64,000 bases of DNA from a virus: the IMG/VR virus record IMGVR_UViG_3300033143_002031, positions 32,001-96,000 of that record, one strand, 5' to 3'. A program made the translations under genes and the position numbers. Under the pieces are notes generated by a model that ran no database searches, was not told the DNA's origin, and worked only from the letters and a program-made list of their open reading frames with translations. Positions 55,094 to 62,112 of the stretch are shown piece by piece (within the stretch, counting starts at the first letter, position 1; each line of letters opens with the position of its first letter).

Positions 55094-55321
55094 ATGGGCG
55101 AGCGAGTGGAATGTGTGATCGAGCACGACGTACTGCTGGAGGCCGACGACGGGCGGCGCGTGGTCGGTGTGACGGCGACCTGCACGTGCTGTGACACCGT
55201 GACGCAGGCGTTCGGGACGTCCTCGGCGTCGGTCCGGAGGTGCCTGGCACAGATGCGAGAGGAGTGCCCCGGGGGCGAGAACAGCTTCTACTACGCCGAC
55301 GACGGGTCGGACGATGGGTGA
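55094..55321 (+). CDS. hypothetical Zn-binding protein
   Basis: CTCC..RCL..ECP. Confidence 0.65.
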   Translation: MGERVECVIEHDVLLEADDGRRVVGVTATCTCCDTVTQAFGTSSASVRRCLAQMREECPGGENSFYYADDGSDDG

Positions 55322-56090
55322 GCGGCACCGCAGCGAGGACCCCTACAACTGGGGCATGACCAACGCCATGCAGGACGACTGCGAAAACTGCCACTTCGCC
55401 TCGGCAGGCGGTCCGGACAAGCGCACCGCCATGGAGGCCCCGAGCTACGTGCCCGAGGACCAGGCCGAAGAGTTCCTGCGAGGCTACCGGGCCTACTGCG
55501 ACGAGCACTACGGTGAGGGCTGGCAGACCATGAAGTGGGGCTGGCACCCTGCGCTCGTGATCGGCGGGGAGAAGGGGCCAACAGACGAGTCGAAGATCGT
55601 GAACACGCCCGAAGAGGCCGCCAAGGTGTTCGGAGGAGACGAGATGGTGGACAAGACGGATGAGGGAATAAGCCTGGACGAGGCGATCGACCATGCGATG
55701 GCGAAGGCGGATGAGTGCGAGAAGTCCGGCGAAGAGGAGTGCGAGTTCGAGCACAGGAAGCTGGTTCGGTGGCTTACCGAGCTAGATGCGCTCCGTTACC
55801 GGGTGAAGCAACAGGCCAAGGACTTGGACACCACGCACGAGAAGCTGCGCGAACTGCATCGGGACGTCAGCGTCTCTCTGGACGAAGAGGTGCATGTGCG
55901 AGTCGAAATCTCCCAGTTCGACAAGCGCTGGCGCCACGCGAACAGTATCTCTCGCGATGCGTTTGCGGCACCGTTGCGCGGAGGTCTTCAGGGGGGCGAG
56001 GGTGAGCACAAGGCCGAGGTGCTACGGGACGTGATCGAGAGGGTCGCCTACGAGGCCGCGATCGGCTTCTTCGGGGAGACGCGACGGTGA
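55314..56090 (+). CDS. hypothetical protein
   Basis: Coupled ORF. Confidence 0.7.
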   Translation: MGERHRSEDPYNWGMTNAMQDDCENCHFASAGGPDKRTAMEAPSYVPEDQAEEFLRGYRAYCDEHYGEGWQTMKWGWHPALVIGGEKGPTDESKIVNTPEEAAKVFGGDEMVDKTDEGISLDEAIDHAMAKADECEKSGEEECEFEHRKLVRWLTELDALRYRVKQQAKDLDTTHEKLRELHRDVSVSLDEEVHVRVEISQFDKRWRHANSISRDAFAAPLRGGLQGGEGEHKAEVLRDVIERVAYEAAIGFFGETRR

Positions 56091-56983
56091 CACCAGATGT
56101 GACGATCATCCTGACCAGCTTCGAGCAGGAGCTACTTCTCGAACAGGCCGTTCGGATGCTGCTCACCTCGGAGTTTGTGCCCCATATGGAGCTACTCGTG
56201 GTGGACGATGCGTCGGGCAAGGGCCTCACGATGATCAAGGGGCTCTGCCATCGCGCTCGCGAGGGTGGCTTCGGTCAAGTGCGCCTGATCCGCATGGACA
56301 GTAACTATGGCCCCTCGATCGCTCGCAACGTCGGTATCGAGGAGGCGGCCGGGCGCTACCTGCACTTCCACGACGGTGACGACCTGTGGATGCCTGAAGG
56401 ATGGGCAGAAGGTGTCGAGCGCATGGACCGGGACAGACTCACGTTGTCTGTGACTGGGCTCCGAACAATTTCCGGAGTGATGTACCCCAAGAAGATCGGA
56501 CCTCCGGTACCCGAGCACGTCCACCCCATGTTCCACTTCCCTCTCGACAGCCTGCCCTACGCCACGACATTCCTCGTGCGCCGGGACGTGAAAACTCGCT
56601 ACCGCGCTGCCCTGACGTTTCCGACGAAGTTCTGGGCCGTGCCGACCTCCGGAGAGGACAATTTCTTCAAGGTGGAGGTCGCTGCCGAGGGTGACTACGC
56701 CCGCTTCGGGGAATACCGTGTCTTCCGGGGCAACCACTGGGGGACCAAGTACAACCCACCGCAGTGGCACATGCCCACCTACGCGGAGATTGCCGTGGCG
56801 GCCTTCTTCGTCCTCCGTGCTGACCTCGTAGATGCCGGTCTCGTCGTCAAGTCCTACAACTGGCTCGAAGACCAAGGTTTCGACCCTTCCGAGGTGGCTG
56901 CCGAACTGGACCGTCCGGCCGAGGACTTCCTTGAAGGGCCTCCGAGCTACCACGAGATGGACTTCGGTCCTGTTTGCTCTTGA
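56087..56983 (+). CDS. glycosyltransferase family 2 (GT-A fold)
   Basis: VTIILTSF..ELLVVDDAS..GPSIARNVGI..YLHFHDGDD. Confidence 0.85.
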   Translation: MTPDVTIILTSFEQELLLEQAVRMLLTSEFVPHMELLVVDDASGKGLTMIKGLCHRAREGGFGQVRLIRMDSNYGPSIARNVGIEEAAGRYLHFHDGDDLWMPEGWAEGVERMDRDRLTLSVTGLRTISGVMYPKKIGPPVPEHVHPMFHFPLDSLPYATTFLVRRDVKTRYRAALTFPTKFWAVPTSGEDNFFKVEVAAEGDYARFGEYRVFRGNHWGTKYNPPQWHMPTYAEIAVAAFFVLRADLVDAGLVVKSYNWLEDQGFDPSEVAAELDRPAEDFLEGPPSYHEMDFGPVCS

Positions 56984-57050
56984 CATCCCCCTCTGGCTGT
57001 GCGATGCTGGGATTATCAAGTCGTGGATGGTTTCCGCGAAGGAGGACAGA
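56973..57050 (+). promoter_or_regulatory. promoter + 5' hairpin + SD cassette, copy 8
   Basis: TTGACA-N17-GATGCT; TCGTGGA-TGGTT-TCCGCGA (G.U pair); AGGAGG. Confidence 0.75.
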
Positions 57051-57386
57051 ATGGCCCAGAAGAAGACCCCCGCAGACGCCCATGCCCAGCGTGTCCTGAA
57101 GACGATCGAAAAGAACGTCTTCGGCAAGAACCTCCGCCAGGTCGATCGGATCGAGGCCGAGTGGTACCTCATGTTCTTGTACCCCAAGGGTGCAGGGCCA
57201 AGAGACTGCGTGCAGATCGAGACGGGCGGTGCGGGCTCGACCACGATCTTCTGGAGTACCCAGGGCCACCTGCGCGAGAAGGGCGAGGTGCCGTTCTCCG
57301 AGGCCACCAAGAAAGCGTTCGCAGCGAAGCTGAAAGGCATCGCCGGCAAGATGGCCCGCTCGTGGGCCTCGAAGGCCGCCGCGTAG
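57051..57386 (+). CDS. hypothetical protein
   Basis: Follows the cassette. Confidence 0.75.
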   Translation: MAQKKTPADAHAQRVLKTIEKNVFGKNLRQVDRIEAEWYLMFLYPKGAGPRDCVQIETGGAGSTTIFWSTQGHLREKGEVPFSEATKKAFAAKLKGIAGKMARSWASKAAA

Positions 57387-57488
57387 CACCCGCCTGAGCC
57401 CCCAGACGCCCTCAGACACCCCCTAAGCCCCCAGACATGACAAGGCCCCCGCGTGCGCGCGAGCGCTCACAGGGGCCTTCTGGGCTCA

Positions 57489-57563
57489 TGGTGACCTGGA
57501 CGGGACTCGAACCCGCGTTTCCCGGCTTGAAAGGCCGGAGTCCTTCCTGTAGACGACCAGGCC
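57489..57563 (-). tRNA. tRNA-Glu(TTC)
   Basis: Cloverleaf, loop CT-TTC-AA, CCA encoded. Confidence 0.9.
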
Positions 57564-57568
57564 GAGGG

Positions 57569-57640
57569 AGCCCCCGGGCGGAATCGAACCGCCTCCTCCG
57601 GAGTACGAAACCGGCACGCCACCTTTTGCGCCTCGGGGGC
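57569..57640 (-). tRNA. tRNA-Thr(CGT)
   Basis: Cloverleaf, loop TT-CGT-AC. Confidence 0.8.
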
Positions 57641-57641
57641 C

Positions 57642-57717
57642 TGGAGCCCACGTCGGGAGTCGAACCCAAAAACTCCTGCTTACAAGGCAGGCGCTCCGCC
57701 ACCGGAGCCACGCGGGC
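57642..57717 (-). tRNA. tRNA-Thr(TGT)
   Basis: Loop CT-TGT-AA, CCA. Confidence 0.88.
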
Positions 57718-57745
57718 AGGCTGCGACGATCGAGCATCTTCGTAG

Positions 57746-57816
57746 TGACTCTGAGGGGAATCGAACCCCCATTGCCGGATTGAGAGTCCGGTCTCCTACC
57801 GTTAGAGGACAGAGCC
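57746..57816 (-). tRNA. tRNA-Glu(CTC)
   Basis: Loop CT-CTC-AA. Confidence 0.88.
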
Positions 57817-57936
57817 GAGCGGCATCCCCCTTGTACCTAGCAAAGGGGGCGTGCCCACACCCCGAAAGGGGCTCGGTCCAACGACCGATGAGACGCAGCT
57901 AGGAGCGCCGTGCGCGCACGAGAGGCCGAAGCCCCA

Positions 57937-58011
57937 CGGTGCCGATCACGGGAGTCGAACCCGTCTCTCCAGGATGGCGACCTGGCGTCTTCCCACGTAG
58001 ACTTGATCGGC
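57937..58011 (-). tRNA. tRNA-Gly(GCC), atypical (C33, A73)
   Basis: Loop TC-GCC-AT. Confidence 0.7.
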
Positions 58012-58012
58012 A

Positions 58013-58100
58013 TGGCGGCGAGCGGAGGTCTTGATCCCCACGCCTTGTGAGCGCGCACCGATTAGCAGCCGGGCTCGGGCTCCTGCCCAATTCACTCGCC
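58013..58100 (-). tRNA. tRNA-Ser(GCT), atypical T-loop
   Basis: Loop CT-GCT-AA, long variable arm, T-loop ATCAAGA. Confidence 0.8.
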
Positions 58101-58106
58101 AAACTC

Positions 58107-58193
58107 TGGCGGCAGACGGAGGTCTTGATCCCCACTCCTCTCAGAGCGCACCGCTTTCGAGGCGGGCTCGGGCTCCTGCCCAATTCATCTGCC
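58107..58193 (-). tRNA. tRNA-Ser(CGA), atypical T-loop
   Basis: Loop CT-CGA-AA, T-loop ATCAAGA. Confidence 0.8.
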
Positions 58194-58280
58194 AGGTGCC
58201 CGCATGGCTGCACGGGCGACACCGCACCCCCACACGGGCGCGCTCCGGCCCCTCATACGGGATAATAGGGAGCGCAACAG

Positions 58281-58363
58281 CGGCAGACGGGTGACTCGAA
58301 CGCCACGCCTCTCAGCGCGCACCGCCTTCCAAGCGGGCCTGGTCCCTGACCAGTTCGTCTGCC
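58281..58363 (-). tRNA. tRNA-Ser(GGA)
   Basis: Loop TT-GGA-AG, long variable arm. Confidence 0.8.
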
Positions 58364-58365
58364 AG

Positions 58366-58451
58366 TGGCGGAGGGCGGAGGTCACGATCCCCACACCTCT
58401 CGGTGCCTGTCGCTTTCAAGACGATGGCGAGCCCTGCTCGCTTCGCCCTCC
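58366..58451 (-). tRNA. tRNA-Ser(TGA), atypical T-loop
   Basis: Loop CT-TGA-AA, T-loop ATCGTGA. Confidence 0.8.
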
Positions 58452-58620
58452 TCGCTTCAAGCTCCTCGATCCATCTCGCGAGGACGTGAACCCCAGCCAA
58501 GGCATGGTCTGGAGGGATACGTGTGTCGCGATTCCAGTTACGGCAGATGGATTCGAGAGCGATCTTGGCTCGTCTGATGTCGTCTATCTCAGGAGGCATC
58601 CTGAGACCGGCAGTATATCA

Positions 58621-58695
58621 CGGTCGGGCACCGGGGAGTCGAACCCCGCGCCTCCGGTCCCCCAGACCGGCGTCTCACCCCGAGACTAGTGCCCG
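58621..58695 (-). tRNA. tRNA-Pro(GGG)
   Basis: Loop CT-GGG-GG, C1-G72. Confidence 0.85.
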
Positions 58696-58731
58696 GTGTG
58701 CCCCCTCCGAAGAGGGGACGAGAAAACTCGA

Positions 58732-59295
58732 TCAGTCGGACTCCAGAGCCCCGTGCCAGTAGACCCACGAAGCCCACTGGTCTGGCAAGGAATCACTCGC
58801 GTCGATGTGGAGAGCGACGACCGGCAGCGAGCGCGGCTTCACGGGCGTCCTCTTCAGGCGCATCCCCGCTTGCTGCGGCGTCCGGTCCCGCTTCCGATCA
58901 TTGCATGGGTAGCAGGCGGTGACGATGTTCTCCCAGACCGTCTTGCCGCCCCTCGACCTCGGTGTTACATGGTCGTAGTTGAGCTTACGGGTGGACAGCC
59001 TCTTCCCGCAGTACTGGCAGGTCCAGTTGTCCCGCGTCAGCACGTTCATGCGCGAGAACCGAACCGCCTTCTTGCGCGCGACCGCCCGCAGGAGCCGGAT
59101 GACGGCCGGCATCTTCAGCACGAACGTCCAGCCGTACTCCTTCGCCCGATCTGCCTGATCGGGGGTCATGAGGGCCTCATCGTAGCTCTCTACGACTTCG
59201 GCCTTGTGTTGGAAGAGCAACGAGACGGCCCGTTGCCAGGACACGATGCGGTGGGGTTGGTACCCCAGGTCCAGGACCAAGCATTGGCTAGACAT
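58732..59295 (-). CDS. HNH endonuclease (McrA-like) inside the tRNA array
   Basis: RDNWTCQYCG..YDHVTPRSRGG..WENIVTACYPCNDRK; AGGAGG SD. Confidence 0.92.
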   Translation of the reverse strand: MSSQCLVLDLGYQPHRIVSWQRAVSLLFQHKAEVVESYDEALMTPDQADRAKEYGWTFVLKMPAVIRLLRAVARKKAVRFSRMNVLTRDNWTCQYCGKRLSTRKLNYDHVTPRSRGGKTVWENIVTACYPCNDRKRDRTPQQAGMRLKRTPVKPRSLPVVALHIDASDSLPDQWASWVYWHGALESD

Positions 59296-59330
59296 GACCG
59301 CCTCCTTTCTTGGTGCGAAAACTCTACCAG

Positions 59331-59413
59331 TGCGAGCGGGGGGAGTCGAACCCCCATGACCTCGCGGCCGGCGGGTTTTGAACCCGCTGCGTCTACCATT
59401 TCACCACGCTCGC
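59331..59413 (-). tRNA. tRNA-Leu(CAA)
   Basis: Loop TT-CAA-AA, long variable arm. Confidence 0.88.
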
Positions 59414-59419
59414 GCGGAG

Positions 59420-59503
59420 TGCCCGCTGCGGGACTCGAACCCGCACGCCCGCACGGGGCGCCCGGGTTTAGGCCGGGTGCGTCTACCGTTTCACCAAGCG
59501 GGC
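59420..59503 (-). tRNA. tRNA-Leu(TAA), C33
   Basis: Loop CC-TAA-AC. Confidence 0.8.
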
Positions 59504-59505
59504 AA

Positions 59506-59592
59506 CGGTGCTGCGGACAGGAGTCGAACCTGCACGACCTCTCGGCCACTGGCCCCTCAAGCCAGCGCGTCTACCAATTTCACCACCGCAGC
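59506..59592 (-). tRNA. tRNA-Leu(GAG)
   Basis: Loop TT-GAG-GG. Confidence 0.88.
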
Positions 59593-59630
59593 AGGCACAA
59601 AACACAACTTTCAAAGTTATGTTTTGACAT

Positions 59631-59716
59631 CGGTGCCAGGGAGAGGAGTCGAACCTCCACGACCTTTCGGCCACTCGGGTCTGAGCCGAGCGCGTCTACC
59701 ATTTCACCACCCTGGC
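59631..59716 (-). tRNA. tRNA-Leu(CAG)
   Basis: Loop CT-CAG-AC. Confidence 0.88.
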
Positions 59717-59717
59717 A

Positions 59718-59791
59718 TGGTGGGCGATGAGGGAGTTGAACCCCCGACTCTGGTGTGTGGGACCAGCATCTTTCCGTTCGACCAATCGCCC
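59718..59791 (-). tRNA. tRNA-Val(CAC), C33
   Basis: Loop CC-CAC-AC, CCA. Confidence 0.8.
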
Positions 59792-59800
59792 AGAAATCTC

Positions 59801-59877
59801 TGGTCGGGCAGAAGGGATTTGAACCCCCGACCTCCGCGTCCCGAACGCGGCGCGCTACCAGGCTGCGCTACTGCCCG
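59801..59877 (-). tRNA. tRNA-Pro(CGG)
   Basis: Canonical; loop TT-CGG-GA, CCA. Confidence 0.93.
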
Positions 59878-59960
59878 AATGAGGGGCCGACCGCACACTC
59901 GCTTTGCCCAGGCCGTGAAGCCTCCATCCTCCTACCGGGTCAGGCCAGCCCGACGCCCCT

Positions 59961-60032
59961 CGGTCGCACGGGAGAGACTTGAACTCTCGCGGTCACGGAT
60001 ATGAGCCGTGCCTCCCACCTTGGGACCGTGCG
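59961..60032 (-). tRNA. tRNA(CAT) Met or Ile2, shortened D-loop
   Basis: Loop CT-CAT-AT; D-arm CCCA-AGG-TGGG. Confidence 0.75.
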
Positions 60033-60033
60033 G

Positions 60034-60109
60034 AAGCGGGGGGAGGATTTGAACCTCCGATCTTTTGGTTATGAGCCAAATGGGGACGACCAGACTCCCC
60101 TACCCCGCA
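60034..60109 (-). tRNA. tRNA-fMet-like (CAT)
   Basis: GCGGGG/CCCCGC acceptor with 1:72 mismatch, loop CT-CAT-AA. Confidence 0.82.
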
Positions 60110-60185
60110 GGAGCCCTTGGCGAGACTCGAACTCGCAACTCCCACCTTCGGAGGGTGGTGCCCGTTCCAATCGGGCCGCAAGGGC
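60110..60185 (-). tRNA. tRNA-Arg(CCG)
   Basis: Loop CT-CCG-AA. Confidence 0.88.
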
Positions 60186-60201
60186 ATGGTAAACTCTGGG
60201 T

Positions 60202-60348
60202 ATGGCAAAACGTCAGTACGAGAAGCCGACCTTCAAGCACGTCAAGGGGTTCGCCTTCATCATGCGCTGCACCCCGTGCCCTGATTGCAGGAACGGTGTG
60301 ACCTGCCATCGCTGTAGTTGCTGCCACGGCTGCCACGGCTGCCACTAG
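60202..60348 (+). CDS. 48-aa Cys/His-rich peptide with YxxP leader-like motif
   Basis: MAKRQYEKPTFKHVKGFAFIMRCTPCPDCRNGVTCHRCSCCHGCHGCH; 38 of 47 codons end in G/C. Confidence 0.6.
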   Translation: MAKRQYEKPTFKHVKGFAFIMRCTPCPDCRNGVTCHRCSCCHGCHGCH

Positions 60349-60420
60349 CCTCCCCACGAGGACTCGAACCTCGATCTCAAGATCCGTAATCTTGCGTGAT
60401 GTCCATTTCACTATGGGGAG
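60349..60420 (-). tRNA. tRNA-Arg(ACG)
   Basis: Loop TT-ACG-GA. Confidence 0.88.
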
Positions 60421-60422
60421 AG

Positions 60423-60494
60423 ACCAGCCGGCGGGACTCGAACCCGCGATGCACGGGAGTAGAAGTCCCGCTCCCCTCCAGTGGGGTCGGCTGG
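60423..60494 (-). tRNA. tRNA-Arg(TCT)
   Basis: Loop CT-TCT-AC; short D-arm. Confidence 0.8.
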
Positions 60495-60495
60495 A

Positions 60496-60570
60496 CGGAG
60501 GCCCCGGGGGGAGTCGGACCCACCGATTCCTGGTTTGCAGCCAGGCGTCTTTCCGTTTGACTACGGGGCC
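60496..60570 (-). tRNA. tRNA-Cys(GCA)
   Basis: Loop CT-GCA-AA; T-loop TCCGACT. Confidence 0.85.
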
Positions 60571-60626
60571 AGTAGCTCGTCCGGCTTCACCGGCACAGAG
60601 CGGACGGCGGGACTCGAACCCGCCTC

Positions 60627-60700
60627 TGGTGCAGGTAGGGGGAGTCGAACCCCCGATTCGAGGGTGGAAACCTCGCGTCTTTCCGTTAGACCACACCTGC
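60627..60700 (-). tRNA. tRNA-Gly(TCC)
   Basis: Loop TT-TCC-AC, CCA. Confidence 0.88.
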
Positions 60701-60705
60701 GAAAC

Positions 60706-60778
60706 AGCGATCTGTGCGGGACTCGGACCCGCTTCTCCGGGCTCGGCCCGGTGTTCGTCCTATGAACTACATCGACCG
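60706..60778 (-). pseudogene. degenerate tRNA (5-nt anticodon loop, broken acceptor)
   Basis: D-arm GTTC/GAAC, CCGGG-CCGAG-CCCGG, T-arm GCGGG-TCCGAGT-CCCGC. Confidence 0.6.
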
Positions 60779-60845
60779 CTGCCTACTCGCGCCCGCTCTT
60801 CTCAGGGTACTGGTCGACGCTTCCCCTGAGCCTCCTGGGAGCTTT

Positions 60846-60921
60846 CGGAGCCCCGAGCGGGGATCGAACCCGCCATCTCCGCCATACCAAGGCGGCGAAT
60901 CACCACTGATTCTTTCGGGGC
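60846..60921 (-). tRNA. tRNA-Thr(GGT)
   Basis: Loop TT-GGT-AT. Confidence 0.88.
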
Positions 60922-60978
60922 AAGCGCCCCCTACCCGCTGCAAGGCTAGGAGGGAATCGAACCCTCGTAGGGGACTGT

Positions 60979-61049
60979 TGGACACGGAGGGAATCGAACC
61001 CTCATCTCCGGCTTGCAAGGCCGGCGTCTTCCCGTTTGACGACGCGCCC
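60979..61049 (-). tRNA. tRNA-Ala(TGC)
   Basis: G3.U70; loop CT-TGC-AA. Confidence 0.88.
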
Positions 61050-61124
61050 GTGTCCAGGTGAGGCAAGCTCGGGAATCAGGTTGCGCTACCCTCGTCCCAA
61101 CGCAAGGCGCGTCCTCACCCAGAG

Positions 61125-61197
61125 TGGATCGTGCGAGAGTTGAACTCGCGACCTCCTGCATGCGAAGCAGGTGCTCTCCCAACTGAGCTAACGACCC
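61125..61197 (-). tRNA. tRNA-Ala(CGC)
   Basis: G3.U70; loop TT-CGC-AT. Confidence 0.9.
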
Positions 61198-61203
61198 AAA
61201 CTG

Positions 61204-61340
61204 CCGGCGCTCTTACCACTTGAGCTACGAAGGCCGTTTTAGGGCCTCCGACAGGACTCGAACCTGCATCTCCGGACTCGCCGACGCTCTACCACTTGAG
61301 CTACGGACACCAATTGGCGACCGACGGGACTCGAACCCGC
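61204..61340 (-). pseudogene. cluster of tRNA remnants (5' half 61204-61235; anticodon-deleted tRNA 61243-61310; 3' half 61315-61340)
   Basis: TAGCTCAAGTGGTA D-arms and GGTTCGAGTCC T-arms without intact anticodon arms. Confidence 0.6.
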
Positions 61341-61352
61341 ACCTTCGGCTAG

Positions 61353-61425
61353 TGGAACACCGGGGAATCGAACCCCGAACCTCCTGGCTGCCAGCCAGAC
61401 GCTCTCCCAGTTGAGCTAGTGCCCC
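61353..61425 (-). tRNA. tRNA-Ala(GGC)
   Basis: G3.U70; loop CT-GGC-AG. Confidence 0.9.
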
Positions 61426-61426
61426 A

Positions 61427-61501
61427 TGGTGGGCGTGGAGGGATTTGAACCCCCGATCTTCTGCGCGTCGAGCAGACGTCTTGCCACTTGACCACACGCC
61501 C
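61427..61501 (-). tRNA. tRNA-Val(GAC), C33
   Basis: Loop TC-GAC-GC, CCA. Confidence 0.82.
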
Positions 61502-61510
61502 GAAAACTTC

Positions 61511-61585
61511 TGGTACCCCGAGTGGGAATCGAACCCACGACCTGAGCCTTATAAGGACCCGTCTCTGCCACTGAGTTACCGGGGC
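61511..61585 (-). tRNA. tRNA-Ile(TAT)
   Basis: Loop CT-TAT-AA, CCA. Confidence 0.82.
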
Positions 61586-61630
61586 TCCGACTGCTCGGAG
61601 CCATGTATTCGTTCCATCGGAACCTCCTTC

Positions 61631-61705
61631 TGGTGGGGCGAGAGGGACTCGAACCCCCGTCAACCGATTCATCAGACCGGCGCTCTGCCACTGAACTACC
61701 GCCCC
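61631..61705 (-). tRNA. tRNA-Ile(GAT)
   Basis: Loop CT-GAT-GA, CCA. Confidence 0.88.
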
Positions 61706-61706
61706 A

Positions 61707-61782
61707 TGGAGCCCTCGGCGGGAGTCGAACCCGCAACCTCCGGAGTAGGAATCCGACGCACGTCCAGCCGTGCTACGAGGGC
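61707..61782 (-). tRNA. tRNA-Arg(CCT)
   Basis: Loop TT-CCT-AC, CCA. Confidence 0.88.
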
Positions 61783-61783
61783 A

Positions 61784-61861
61784 TGGGGTGATCGACGGGA
61801 CTCGAACCCGCTAGGGCCGGGATCACAACCCGGTGCCGCGACCGCTTTGGCTTCGACCACC
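61784..61861 (-). tRNA. tRNA-His(GTG)
   Basis: G-1:C73, loop TT-GTG-AT, CCA. Confidence 0.88.
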
Positions 61862-62020
61862 ATACTTCTGGCGACTCTCCCAGGAATCGAACCCGGGCCT
61901 CCGAGACAAGGCTCCTCTCATGTACCCGCTTTGCCCGGCGGTGCGAGGATCGTTGCTTGGAATCGCAGGGGACAACCCACGACCCGCTCGGTGTTCTGCC
62001 ACTACCACTATCGAGCCGTA

Positions 62021-62105
62021 TGGCTCCCCAGGGAATCGAACCCCTTGCGCGCCACCACACATAATAGCGCGATCGGGTTACAGCCGATCGTGTGGAAAGG
62101 GAGCC
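62021..62105 (-). tRNA. D-armless tRNA-Tyr(GTA)-like RNA
   Basis: GGCTCCC/GGGAGCC-A acceptor, 9-nt D replacement, GATCGG-CTGTAAC-CCGATC, long variable arm, T-loop TTCGATT. Confidence 0.75.
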
Positions 62106-62112
62106 AAACTCA

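Noticed and set aside
57860-57936. Hammerhead-like CCGATGAG...CGAAG
   Set aside because: Core deviates (CCGATGA, GAAG instead of CTGATGA, GAAA) and stems I/III could not be formed.
58452-58599. ORF MPPEIDDIRRAK... between Pro and Ser tRNAs
   Set aside because: No SD and the frame runs through tRNA-Ser(TGA) before stopping; could be a gene remnant but unsupported.
59881-59961. Possible tRNA-Sec (TTCA in a hairpin loop) or c-di-GMP riboswitch
   Set aside because: No T-arm consensus, loop size wrong for a UCA anticodon, riboswitch consensus incomplete; kept only as an unexplained structured spacer.
60268-60348. CxxCH motifs as c-type heme sites
   Set aside because: Motifs overlap each other and the peptide has no export signal; metal-binding or RiPP core is more plausible.
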